A DNA stretch of 64,000 nt from contig BCGN01000002.1 in NCBI GenBank assembly GCA_001599295.1, positions 1,736,001-1,800,000 of the forward strand. The letters run 5' to 3'. Source of the DNA: Sporopachydermia quercuum. Its lineage: Eukaryota. A program made the translations under genes and the position numbers. Below the pieces are notes generated by a model that was not told where the DNA came from, made no database searches, and worked only from the letters and a program-made list of their open reading frames with translations. Within the stretch, counting starts at the first letter, position 1. Every line of letters begins with the position of its first letter. Shown one piece after another: positions 22,416 to 33,440 of this stretch.

Positions 22416-24266
22416 NTATTGATAATCATCTGCTGTCATTGAAGATGAATCCCATGGCTCATCTTTTGAGTCGTAACTAGTTAATGGCACATCATATGGC
22501 AACCTTATAGGTATAATACTGCCATCTGTAGGATTCACATCAATATGATCATCATAAATAGGCACTAACTTTTCACCTCGTGTCTTATCAGGAAAAATAA
22601 GAACTCCAGCCTCATATGATTGTATTCTATAATGAACACCATCAGAAGTTACTTTGATACGCGGATCTCCCCACGCTTGCTTTGACAAATTCGCAGATGT
22701 TAACAGAAACCAATCAAGAGTTTTGAATTTATCACTAGTCCTAAAATATGTCTTAACATGTGGTGGGACATTCTGTCTAGATGCATCTAATGATACCCAT
22801 TTATGAAAATAAGGTCGCAGCATTTTATCATGTTGTTGAGCTTTGACCCCATTTTTGTGATTATAAAATATGCAACTACCTGACATCTTACCAATGAAGG
22901 AGTTGTCAATATCTTCCATAGTAGGGAATATTATCACAGGTTCGTAAGTAGTAGGTTTAAAAGATTCAGTATGGTGAGTTGGATAAGGAAAACCTGCAAT
23001 CATTGGGCATAAAACATGTGTAAATATATTAGCAAGAGCTCCATTATTACTGTACCGGTACGGTTGAGCAATACTTGATACTTGAGATACTATAATTGGC
23101 TTCTCATTAGTTTCCTCGCTGACTGCTTCTTCTGATGGTTCTTCAGGTATTAAATCATGATCTTTCAATCTCTGCTGTAATTTTCCATAACCAGAATGTC
23201 CGAAGTAACCATATTTGCCTGGTGCAGAGCTAATAAATTCTGCATTTCTTATAACACTAAAATCGTATTCGGATAGTTCAGCAGCCAGAGAATCTACCGT
23301 GTAGTTATCCTTGGCATATTTATGTAGATAATCAATAAAATCACTTTTGAAGCTTGTTGGATCCTTTGATCTGCTTTCATGTTTATCCTTTAGTTTGTAA
23401 AGCACAGGTGATACCCAAAACATTTCGGTCATACCATAGTAGTTCATGGTAACTAAATTTGCTGTGGAAACTACAATTTGTACTCCACCGTTAGCAACAA
23501 AATTAACCATTATTTTTGAATGATGAGAAGCATATCTCTCCATCTCAACTGCCTCATATATAACCTTTGACGCCTCCTCACAAGCTAAGTCAATGCCATT
23601 GTCGCTTATAACAAACACATCTATATCTTTCTTCCTACCAGCTGGCAACTGTGATACAAGAAATTTTATATCAACTAACATGTTGAATTGATAAGTTTTG
23701 GTTGTAATATTCTTTAATATGTCTTTCAAGAGAAAACAATTCCTATTGGCAACTTCTGGCGAAGGGATACCTATCATCTTTACTGGTGAGTATTTTCTTA
23801 TAGTGTTGCTATTGGGTTCAGTAACAGTCTCACGATCAGTTCTNAAAGTAGTATTTATGTTGTAGTTNGACCTTTTATTGCTGTGCAGGAGAACAACTTC
23901 ATCTTCATCTCGCAAACGTTTTCTTCTGCCAATCTTCTCTTTTTCATGAATATTTCTCGTACTTGACTTGATCACCTCTGTTTCATTATCAAAGCCAGTG
24001 CCACCTTCATTGATTCTGTCTTTACCCTTATCCTTGGGACTCGGTTTTACATCATTCTCGTCTTCATCATCTATAATAATTATAGAAGTATCTTTAGTGC
24101 TTCCATTTTTGCTATTTTCTTTATCAAAAGTATATGTTGTCTCCTCATCAACAGGTTTCGTGTCTTTCTGTTCAACAGACTCTTTGCGTTGAGTGCTATA
24201 CTTCTTCACCCAATGATCTGCCACTCTTCTCGCAACTTCTGAGCGTTCTTGAGTGCCATCGAACAT
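22416..24266 (-). CDS. TDP1: Tyrosyl-DNA phosphodiesterase 1
   Basis: Two HKN-type motifs (SHHSKIMV..VSTANL; PPHVKTY..LTSANLSKQAWG), SYEAGVL, IRLPYDVPL..Y..DEPW. The true stop is probably the TAN codon at 22418-22416 rather than 22263. Confidence 0.93.
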
Positions 24267-25554
24267 ATTGAGAATTGCACTGTCCCAGACTTCCGATGGG
24301 AATTTCCAGCACTTCTCAATCGATAGGAAATGATATTCTATGTTGAGTTTAGGAGGAGAAAAATAGTAATTGACATCTTTGTTTTGGTTTAAGTCGCAAA
24401 TAAGGTTTTAATTTTTAAGCCGAATGCATTTAAAGTACATATTTACGAGTAAACTTTAATGTGTTTTCACTCGCTTTTAGATTGAGCTGTTTAACATGAT
24501 TGACCCAGTAAGACATTCTTGGTTCGTCTAATAAGACCTAGGACAAGTTCAGCTATTAGTAATCAACAATTATAAAGGAAGAACAGAAACAATTTGGAGA
24601 TACCAAGATAGATAGATGAGATGTGCATGTAAGAAGTGTGTCAGCCTTCTAAGTGTTCCTTGGCTGAACGCTGAGATTGAGATATATAACGATGGAGCTT
24701 TTGTGAACAGTAAGACTATAAATTATCTCTGAATAATTGTACAGAACAATAAAACCACCCTGATATCTTGTGTCAACTTTACAGTACGATACCTATTTTA
24801 TCTTACCTTCACCTCCAGCACTCTAATTACTTGATTACATAATCGAATTAAATTGCTAACTCTCCTTTCAACTCACTCAATCATCGAATAATAGCAACTT
24901 AACTGCCGCTTCTTTCTTCTGTTCATATATCAAATACGATACATGTTATATATTTCTTCAACGATTCCTGCTCTTATTCATATATGAATACCTTCCCAAA
25001 TTTCTAATGTCCGTTCCGTAGTCGGATAAATGTATCCCAGCATCGGATATCTGCCCTATATTTGCTTGAGCTTTCTTCCTCAACCTTAAGACCTGTTTCG
25101 GAAAGAAACTCTGAACTCTAAATGCAATCAGTTCATCTGGATGAAAATACCAGATTGGTATTGTGGGCTAATGATTCTCCACCCTTTCTCTTATCTCACA
25201 CTTCTATAGAGGATAGACGTAGCATATAGATGATATATAGATACTTATTTATTGTAACTGAAGGTACAGTTCTGACTGTTTGACTTGACTGTTGTGTTTT
25301 TGTGCTGGAGTTAGATCCATATTTTTGTTTTGCAAGCTTCATGAGACGGGCTGAAATGACAATGATTCCTGAAAATAGTTGTGTCAATTGAGTTGAACTG
25401 ATTGTTGATCCTTATACTCCGTAGACAGATTTAATTCATTATTATATTAAATCATTTGTTATAATGATTTTGATATAACTGAATACTTACTTACTATTGG
25501 CACGCTAAGTTTTGAGTCTGAATTCCAAGAGCTAAGTGAGATCATTTAAACATA

Positions 25555-27387
25555 ATGACTTCTGTCGCTACCGAAATGAACTCGACCGAAAGCGAACCCT
25601 TCGGTATAATCAAAACACCAGGGTCTCGATTACTTCCAATGCTCAATTTAGACGTCAGAAATGCTGTCGTAATTGATGATAAAGGTACTATTCTAGTTTA
25701 CAGCGGGAACAATATATTTATACAAGAACTTGCATCAGAGAGATGGATAGAATATTCATTTGACCCCGACACCATTCCTTTTCGTACTGGTTATACAGCT
25801 GTAGCGGTTGACGACGCTAAAATACTGCTTCACTCTGGAATTTCGACATTGGACGACAAAGGAAAAACCTTATCATATTTCGATCATGCGACAGGAATTT
25901 GGTCACATGTTGAATTTGGTCCCAATGACATAACTCCATCAGAACGAAGGTATCATGCTGCCTGTTTGAATGAAGATAAAACCAAAATGATTATTAGTGG
26001 TGGTAAGCTTATTAATTCTCCTGGTGGTAGAGAAATGGTTTGTGATGATTTATTTATCTATGATATTCAACTTGAAGAGTGGGAAGGACCATTTGAGTTC
26101 ACTCCTAGAATGCATCATACGCTAACCGTCTATGACAACAAAGTATTTTGCTTTGGAGGAGAAAGTAAAAGAAAACAATGTTCTAATAATTGTATTATTC
26201 CTTATTTTGATCTTAATACTAAAACGATTGGTCAGGTTGAAACAAACTTTGGCCCTGGTTATCCAACATATAGTAGAAACTATACATCTACCACGTTTAT
26301 CAGAATCACAGAAGAACTTATGGCTGCTTGTGTATTGTACAATGAAGACCTAAAAATCAATCGCAATACTGGAAGTAATTCTTATAGTAAAAACAGCAAT
26401 AGCGGTGGTAGCAATAGTTTGATTGGTTTAAACCGTAGATCTTTTGATGGGAAATGGGCTGAACCTACATATCCTTTTCTGTTGTTATTCAATTTCGAGG
26501 TTGGTGATTGGTTAGAAGTTGAAACTCATAATACGGAATTCACACCTTTGGGCTATTCGTTCAATGGTGGCGTTTGTCATAACGGAGTACTACGACTTCT
26601 CGGCAAACACAGTGGTATTCGCCAACCAATGGAATACTCACCGTTTCGTTATTATTTCAAGCTTTCAACAATAGGTATAACCGGCAATAATAGCGAAGAG
26701 TTGAGAAAAACGTTTCTTGTNAAATCTCGTATTAATCAGGTAAAGAGAAGTCGAGTGCGGAAAGAAAACATGGCTAATCAATTATATCAATGCTACAAGA
26801 ATCAAAAGTGGACTGATTTTGAAATAACGGGATTGGAGCTGAACAAGGATCTAGAATTAGTTGTTTCTGAGCCAGTGAGAGTGCATTCATTGATATTACT
26901 AGCTCGTTGGCCATTTTTTCAAAAGCTTCACGAAACGGAAATGAAAGAGTCTCAGTTGAGGACTCTTCATATCCCAGAACATATTGCTTGGTTGAAAGGA
27001 TTGATTCAGTTTTTCTATACCAATTCAGTTGCAGGAATACCTAAAAGAGTTGTTTCTGGTATGTTGATTATTACTAAAGTATATGATCTACCAGAAGTGT
27101 ATAATTTATGCTTGGATTCGTTAGTTGCTGATACAGAACTGGAATGGTTACCATCAGATGATCTGATTGAAATCTGGTGTAATATTTACGATGCTGATGA
27201 CAAATTTCTCCGATCTTTGTATAGCAATGAGATTAAAAGAAGAGGTGAGGATATAAAGGAAAGCTCTTACTACAGAGACTTGGATATTCAATGGAAGGAA
27301 TCACTGGAGGAGGATCTTACATTGAGTACATTTGACAGTAGTATATTGGCGACTTCTAGGAACTTAGATGGAAAGAATAATAAATAA
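25555..27387 (+). CDS. Kelch-repeat plus C-terminal BTB/POZ domain protein
   Basis: Kelch blades (RTGYTAV, PSERRYHAAC..IISGG, PRMHHT..VFCFGG) and BTB (WTDFEI..VRVHSLILLARWPFF..MKES..LHIPE..LIQFFYT). Confidence 0.8.
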   Translation: MTSVATEMNSTESEPFGIIKTPGSRLLPMLNLDVRNAVVIDDKGTILVYSGNNIFIQELASERWIEYSFDPDTIPFRTGYTAVAVDDAKILLHSGISTLDDKGKTLSYFDHATGIWSHVEFGPNDITPSERRYHAACLNEDKTKMIISGGKLINSPGGREMVCDDLFIYDIQLEEWEGPFEFTPRMHHTLTVYDNKVFCFGGESKRKQCSNNCIIPYFDLNTKTIGQVETNFGPGYPTYSRNYTSTTFIRITEELMAACVLYNEDLKINRNTGSNSYSKNSNSGGSNSLIGLNRRSFDGKWAEPTYPFLLLFNFEVGDWLEVETHNTEFTPLGYSFNGGVCHNGVLRLLGKHSGIRQPMEYSPFRYYFKLSTIGITGNNSEELRKTFLXKSRINQVKRSRVRKENMANQLYQCYKNQKWTDFEITGLELNKDLELVVSEPVRVHSLILLARWPFFQKLHETEMKESQLRTLHIPEHIAWLKGLIQFFYTNSVAGIPKRVVSGMLIITKVYDLPEVYNLCLDSLVADTELEWLPSDDLIEIWCNIYDADDKFLRSLYSNEIKRRGEDIKESSYYRDLDIQWKESLEEDLTLSTFDSSILATSRNLDGKNNK

Positions 27388-27608
27388 GATTGCATCGAAA
27401 TTTCCTTCATGAAGAGTTGGTTAATGCATAGAATAAGTGATTTATTCAGTTAATAGTTTATATATTTGTTTATTTGTGTGTTAATCAGTTCCAATGTTGA
27501 GAGATATTATAGAGAAAGGATGAAGATATAAGAAGTTTGTTTCACATAGATAATGAATTGAGGATACGTATGTGAATTAATTATATGAGGATAAATTATA
27601 GGTTTCTT

Positions 27609-30600
27609 TCAATCACACTTGTAAATATCTAACGATGTGAAGTCACCAAACTGAAGAATCGAAGCACTGTCGCCTGAAAACAATCTACCGTCCATCTCAC
27701 TATCTTTCAATGTCTGTATTCGANATTTAGTTCCCCTTGTGAGTCTTGGTATTAATTTCAACAGACTCTCATTGTCTATTGACGACGATTGGTTCTCATC
27801 AGAAGAACTTTCAACATTGTTACCAGCTATTTCATTATCAAGTATTGCCAAATCTTTCATGAAAGGAAGAATCTCCAAAGCAAAAACAGATGGTGTAGTG
27901 GCATGGAACGAATCCAGTTTGAAACAAGTTTCTCTTGGTTCATAATAGTTACTAGCAATATGATAATCTTGTTGTAACTTGGAGTTCCACAGCTCTTCTG
28001 CTTTCCAACGAGCTTGTGTTAGATCGACTACCAAATTCAACTCTCTGAAGTCAATGAGTTCTTGAATAGAGTGCATATCATTACTATGAGTAGATCCAAA
28101 AGTTTGGAATGCTTCTCTGGCGGGGTTCAATTCAAAAGGATGTAAAGGTCCATGGATCAGCATGTCATCAGACATGATTTTGATACCCAACAACTCATCC
28201 ACTTCATTTCCATGGTCCGAATTGGTGAAATATTGAAGCTGTGATAGTGAATTTGTCTCAATTATATCAATAATTGATAGACAGTCCGCCATATCGCTTA
28301 ATTGCTCCACCATGATTACATCATCATCAATTTCAGGAAATGACGAAGAGGTTTCCTCGAGACCGTAACCACGTGATCCAGGTATCCCAGATGAAAACGA
28401 AGTGAGGTCCGAAGTCCAAAACGATTGTTCAGTGATAGTACGATAAGGTAAATCTTCAACTTCTGCCATAGCAATTTCCTGTGAATTATCGCTATCAGAA
28501 ACTATATTCCGCGATCCCTGACACCAGAATTGTAAGAATGACAAAGCTTTGGGTATGCTGCCTTTTGTCGCTCCCATAAGCTTCCGTAGAACAGACTGAG
28601 ATATCAGTAAATGCTCACTTATTCCAATAACCCATGCATTTTCAATCTGCAAGCCTAGTGGAGCAACAGACATATGAATTACCGTATTTTGGCTATTCAA
28701 AATATCCAATATAGGCTTTGGAATAAACGTAAGGTCTTGACATGTCATTATCACTGGACGCCTAGAATACTTCATGAGATACTCAACAACCACCCAGAAC
28801 TTCTTATCTTTCTCAAATAAAACGTCAACATCTTCCAGGAGGATGAGACCTTTCTGGAATCCCGAGCTCGAGTTTTCCTCAACGATATTTCCTAATGCCA
28901 ATTGTTTGTTAAGGAAAAACTCAGTTTTATGATGTTGATGCACTAAATGTGTAGTACTTAACTCTTTGATGATATTATGTATATCTCCTCTAGATCTATT
29001 CTGACTGGCATTGATCTCATAAACGTAGCCTGATAATTCTTTCATTGCTGCATATACACTACTAGTTTTACCTGCACCAGTTTCGCCATGCAAAACCATC
29101 ACTGGGAAATTCATATCTCCATTGCTATGGCCAAAATCACCACTAGAGAAACAATCCTCATCTTCTGTAGTTTCTTTACTTGAATAGTCAGCACCATCTT
29201 CAATTGAGGCTTCGTTTTCGTTTTCTACTTCCGACTCACTTATATCATCATCCTGATCATCATGGACTATGAAATCGTCTAGGCTGTCTTGTGATAAACA
29301 TCTAGTAACAGTTTTCGTTTTCAGGCTTCTAGGCTGCGGACTCGTTTTCAAGTAATGAAACGTTGATGATAACCATCGCTTAATAAGCAACGCCCTATCA
29401 CCATTTGTCAGAACTTCTTCTGCTCGCTCTGGTCCGTACTTCCTATACCATAACTGTGAATGATTGTCATGATCATACAAAGATATGTTTTCAAGCTTTT
29501 TCATCAAACTTTTGTTCTGAACTGCTCTTGACGCTTGATCCAATACTAAATTCAGTATACTCGTTTTTGTCATTGTTACATAGTTTGGTTCTGATAATGA
29601 ATGGTTTGACAATTCACTAGCTTCTGATATGGCTGCTAATGGCTTAGCATTCAATAGATGTCCCAACGATTCATTAAGGCTTGTAAACAAGTTATTCCTA
29701 TCTAAATCTGCATCTGCATCTACTCTATGTTTCTGGTTAGAAGTATATTTCTTCGTTCTTCGTTTTAATCCTAGTTCTGCCAGCCTTTTGCTTGTACTTT
29801 TCAAACTGTAAATTGATTCTAAAGANTCCAAGAACAGCTGGTCATCATGGCTATAATTATGCACATTAATTTCCCCTTTGACAGGAAATCGCGACATCAA
29901 GCTTTTATCGTTAGTAAACCTTTGGATTAACTGAACAGAAGAACGTATTAAACTGTCGTTCACCTCGTTTTGTTTACTTGATCGCATCATTTCCTTGAAA
30001 AATGACCCAGATGAAATCTTTTTAACCTTTTGAATGACAACGTCAGAATCATCTTCTTGCTCTAAACTAATATAGGTCTTTTGATGATCACTGTTAAGAG
30101 TTTTGGCTGAGGGTTTTTCAATCGAAGTCAATGGTTTAATAGTACTGAGCTTTTCTTTGGATATCTTCAATACCAACATGAATTGTTTCTTTTTTGGTTT
30201 TCCAGAAAGGATATTTTTCAGAGAAACACCTTTCTTCTCATGCTGAGCTTCAGAAATAGTATCAACAGGAGAATTGTACTTTTCGTCAACTACAATGCAG
30301 TCATCGTTATTGCTAGTATTCTCAGCAGGCGTGAATATTGAAGTGGCTATCCGTATACCATCATCTAACTGTTGGAGTTTGTCTTTTGGTATTTTGAGAA
30401 TAATATTGACCTGCTTTTTCTTTGGAGTTCCAGTAAGTATGTCTTTTAATGATACACATTGTTTACTCGGTTTTGACTTTGTTTTTTGTTTCGAGTCCGA
30501 GGTGGTAAGAGTTTTGGTTACGGAAGTGGAGTTTTCAACCAAATCAGGAATAGATTCTATAGACGAGTTGAAATCGTTTCCATTACCACTGTCTACCATA

Positions 30601-31430
30601 GCAACCTCTATGACTTCCCGTTGAGTATGCTCGTGACCTTGCATTACACTATTACTCTGTTGTCTATCTTTATCGACATTCATAACTTCAACCTTTCTTC
30701 TGGAGAACCCATCGTCAAAGACTTCTAAAGAATCATTATCTACCTTGTTGACACTAGTATCTATATGCAAACGATCAGAATCAATGTCTACTGCCGAATT
30801 TCCAGTATCAGATATCGAGTCTGTAGCTCTAAGAGCTATACTGTCACCAATATTACCACTCGACACTGCTCTGAAAGCATCCGAGCTTGAACTGGGTATG
30901 GAAAGTGTTACCCACAGACTTTTTTCTTCAATATAATTCACATCATGTTTTGGAAGACTATCAGATTTCTGTTGGCTCTCCTTCTTCCTCTTCTTTCTAA
31001 CCTTTTTATTGGTTTTGCTCCTGCTAGAAACAGTTGGAGGAATATAAACAGATTCAGGCCATTCAACGTTCTTCTCAATCGGAGATTCTTCTTGAAAATG
31101 AGAAGACCCAGCTATTACTGTTGTAGGAATATCACTTTCTTTGCCGATGACCTTTTTCGCCTTCTGCTTCCTCCGTTGCTTCTTTCTACTATCTATATTT
31201 TGATTCCTATTTTCATTCTTTAAAATAGCTGATGGTGCCAAAGAAGGAGGTAAAAACCCGGGAAGTGTTGTTTGGAATAACTGCTTACCTTTTGATATAT
31301 CTCGATTCGTATCGTGCTCAGCTATTATTGCTGTCATGGCTGTTGATGAATGTGTGTTGGATGTAGAGGAACAAGCAATCGGAATATTGGAGACTGGGGA
31401 CGGACTTGTTCTTTTTTTGGGGAGCTCCAT
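27609..31430 (-). CDS. ELG1: Elg1/ATAD5 alternative RFC large subunit (PCNA unloader)
   Basis: QLWYRKYGP, Walker A LHGETGAGKTSSVYA, VYEINASQNRS, GLILLEDVDVLF..DKKFW, SRRPVIMTC; first ATG is 31430 (the ORF track starts at a TTG). Confidence 0.92.
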   Translation of the reverse strand: MELPKKRTSPSPVSNIPIACSSTSNTHSSTAMTAIIAEHDTNRDISKGKQLFQTTLPGFLPPSLAPSAILKNENRNQNIDSRKKQRRKQKAKKVIGKESDIPTTVIAGSSHFQEESPIEKNVEWPESVYIPPTVSSRSKTNKKVRKKRKKESQQKSDSLPKHDVNYIEEKSLWVTLSIPSSSSDAFRAVSSGNIGDSIALRATDSISDTGNSAVDIDSDRLHIDTSVNKVDNDSLEVFDDGFSRRKVEVMNVDKDRQQSNSVMQGHEHTQREVIEVAMVDSGNGNDFNSSIESIPDLVENSTSVTKTLTTSDSKQKTKSKPSKQCVSLKDILTGTPKKKQVNIILKIPKDKLQQLDDGIRIATSIFTPAENTSNNDDCIVVDEKYNSPVDTISEAQHEKKGVSLKNILSGKPKKKQFMLVLKISKEKLSTIKPLTSIEKPSAKTLNSDHQKTYISLEQEDDSDVVIQKVKKISSGSFFKEMMRSSKQNEVNDSLIRSSVQLIQRFTNDKSLMSRFPVKGEINVHNYSHDDQLFLXSLESIYSLKSTSKRLAELGLKRRTKKYTSNQKHRVDADADLDRNNLFTSLNESLGHLLNAKPLAAISEASELSNHSLSEPNYVTMTKTSILNLVLDQASRAVQNKSLMKKLENISLYDHDNHSQLWYRKYGPERAEEVLTNGDRALLIKRWLSSTFHYLKTSPQPRSLKTKTVTRCLSQDSLDDFIVHDDQDDDISESEVENENEASIEDGADYSSKETTEDEDCFSSGDFGHSNGDMNFPVMVLHGETGAGKTSSVYAAMKELSGYVYEINASQNRSRGDIHNIIKELSTTHLVHQHHKTEFFLNKQLALGNIVEENSSSGFQKGLILLEDVDVLFEKDKKFWVVVEYLMKYSRRPVIMTCQDLTFIPKPILDILNSQNTVIHMSVAPLGLQIENAWVIGISEHLLISQSVLRKLMGATKGSIPKALSFLQFWCQGSRNIVSDSDNSQEIAMAEVEDLPYRTITEQSFWTSDLTSFSSGIPGSRGYGLEETSSSFPEIDDDVIMVEQLSDMADCLSIIDIIETNSLSQLQYFTNSDHGNEVDELLGIKIMSDDMLIHGPLHPFELNPAREAFQTFGSTHSNDMHSIQELIDFRELNLVVDLTQARWKAEELWNSKLQQDYHIASNYYEPRETCFKLDSFHATTPSVFALEILPFMKDLAILDNEIAGNNVESSSDENQSSSIDNESLLKLIPRLTRGTKXRIQTLKDSEMDGRLFSGDSASILQFGDFTSLDIYKCD

Positions 31431-31756
31431 ATGCCTGCAGTGTTTGCCCAAACCTTTATATGCATCTGTTCATTCTTTGTTTCAGGAGTCCAGCATGAGA
31501 AGTGGTATTGATAGTTATGTATTCAATAGATCAACATCAATCTATTCATATCAGTTTAGAACCTTTAATGCAGTTGACATTAATGCACTGAGTGAATTTT
31601 AAGATGAGTTTCGAATACTACGAACACCTTCTGAGATTTCACTGCATTAGGGTGAGTGCTAGTTATAATACGAAACGTTGATTGCCGAATTGTATTGATC
31701 AGATGTAATATTGCGTAGCGTACTAGAGGTAAATATAAAAGATTGATTGACTATGA

Positions 31757-31782
31757 TCGCGTCTTGGCTTAACATGACGCGT
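31757..31782. promoter_or_regulatory. MCB (MBF) elements upstream of ELG1
   Basis: TCGCGT 31757-31762 and ACGCGT 31777-31782, about 330-350 bp upstream of a replication gene. Confidence 0.55.
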
Positions 31783-32632
31783 CTCATTACAGGATAAATA
31801 CGTTAGAGAAATGTAACTAAACGATTACGTAATTAATTACATTTAGGCCCATGATGTCATGTGATTAAGGGAAGGATGAAGGAGTATGTATGATTTTAGG
31901 GACGAAGATGATGAAGATTAGAAATTAGATATTCAGAAGAGTGACAATTAAAAGACTGAGAGCTCATTTTAAATCTGTTACCGTAACTGGATACTTGTTG
32001 AGGTTAAGTAGTGATATGATTTTCCAGTTGCGCGACTCCTTAGCCATAGGGAATTGCTTGGATATCCAACTACTAATTAGATTATATAATCATTAGAATT
32101 GCATATTAGTAAAGTGTCAAAGATGAGCTAAATTATCGAACAAAAAGGACCAAAAGCGAAAATATTGCTAGATTAATAAAGCCATTTTTTCAATAAGCTC
32201 TCTAAGTCAAGTTAATTACGTCTCTTCGTAGGACATTGTACTTCTGATAAGTGATGAGAGTAAATGAAGTTTAGACGAAAGTCCGGAACATCATGAAACC
32301 ACAGCAAACAGTATGCAGAATATATGCACAATATCTCTTACCATTAAGAGAAAGACAAACAGAACAGGTCTACGAGGTCCTTCAAGGAGCTGAGAAAAAC
32401 TGAGTACTAGTAGAAGGAGACTGGATATGAAAGAAACATAGCAAGCAGTATTAACTTCAAGCTTAATACGACTAATCGACTCTCTTTCGGCTAGACTGCC
32501 CTTTTAACGTTACTCCTGAAACACTACTCATAAGAAGCCAGACAGTGAGTAACAGCCGAGGGACATGAAGATATAGAGCTTTGCGGATTGACTTTTGTAC
32601 GAGGTTCAATAAACCTCCGAAGTATGTAACTA

Positions 32633-32741
32633 GACTCTTTAACTCCGTTTACGGGGCTAAAAAGTTTACGGTGTTAAAGAGCTTACGGGGTTAAAGAGTT
32701 TAGTTATCCAGACTTCAGCCGGTAAACGGAGTTAAAGAGTC
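32633..32741. repeat. 109-bp element with perfect 20-bp terminal inverted repeats and internal 17-bp tandem repeats
   Basis: GACTCTTTAACTCCGTTTAC (32633-32652) and GTAAACGGAGTTAAAGAGTC (32722-32741); internal units TTTACGGGGCTAAAAAG, TTTACGGTGTTAAAGAG, CTTACGGGGTTAAAGAG. Confidence 0.9.
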
Positions 32742-33247
32742 ATGGAAGGAAGACTTAACTCATATTATTACATGTCATCACTTAAGTTCAAGCTTTATTT
32801 CCAAATAGCCAACATGCGTCATTACTAGAAGATTAGAAGATTTATACTTGAAAATACTTCGAAAGTGAAATTAATACTACCAAAAGGATTACAATAATTT
32901 TGACATGACACACGTTTCCTAATTACTAGATTGCATCGGACTCAACCATTTAACTACTTTCAGCACATACAACGTTCTCTATCTAATCAATCCTCTCTAT
33001 CTCATACGAAAGTTCAACCTTCAAACAAAAATCGCCGGTTAAGCTCAATGCTCTCAACTTAGATGCTGAAACGGGAAGCTAATACGCTTTTGATCCAAAC
33101 GTTAAAGACTAAACAAGTTATAATTTACATAAGCTGTAACTTTATTGTTTTTTCCCATACAAATAAGCATTTTAGGTCCATTCTTCTCTCTTAATAGAGA
33201 AGTAGAAAAACTCCAATATCATCTTTGAGGTTTTCTAACATTTATTC

Positions 33248-33292
33248 CTTTTCTTCTTCTTTTTTTTTTTTCTTTTTTCTTTTTCTTTCTTT
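33248..33292 (+). repeat. Poly(dT)-rich pyrimidine tract upstream of SNG1
   Basis: Run of T/C containing a T homopolymer of more than 10 nt; typical nucleosome-excluding promoter tract. Confidence 0.6.
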
Positions 33293-33440
33293 ACTTGCTA
33301 TTACCAACTATTTAAGTTGTGTGACACTTTCTGTATTACTTTATCCATTATTTATTACCATGTTACTGGAAGTAGTGGAGATATAGGATTACACTATAAC
33401 TAAGGGAGATAGTAGTTAAAATCTTAATTGAACAAAGGAG

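Noticed and set aside
32648..32702. CRISPR-like repeat array
   Set aside because: Eukaryotic context, contiguous tandem units without spacers and no cas genes
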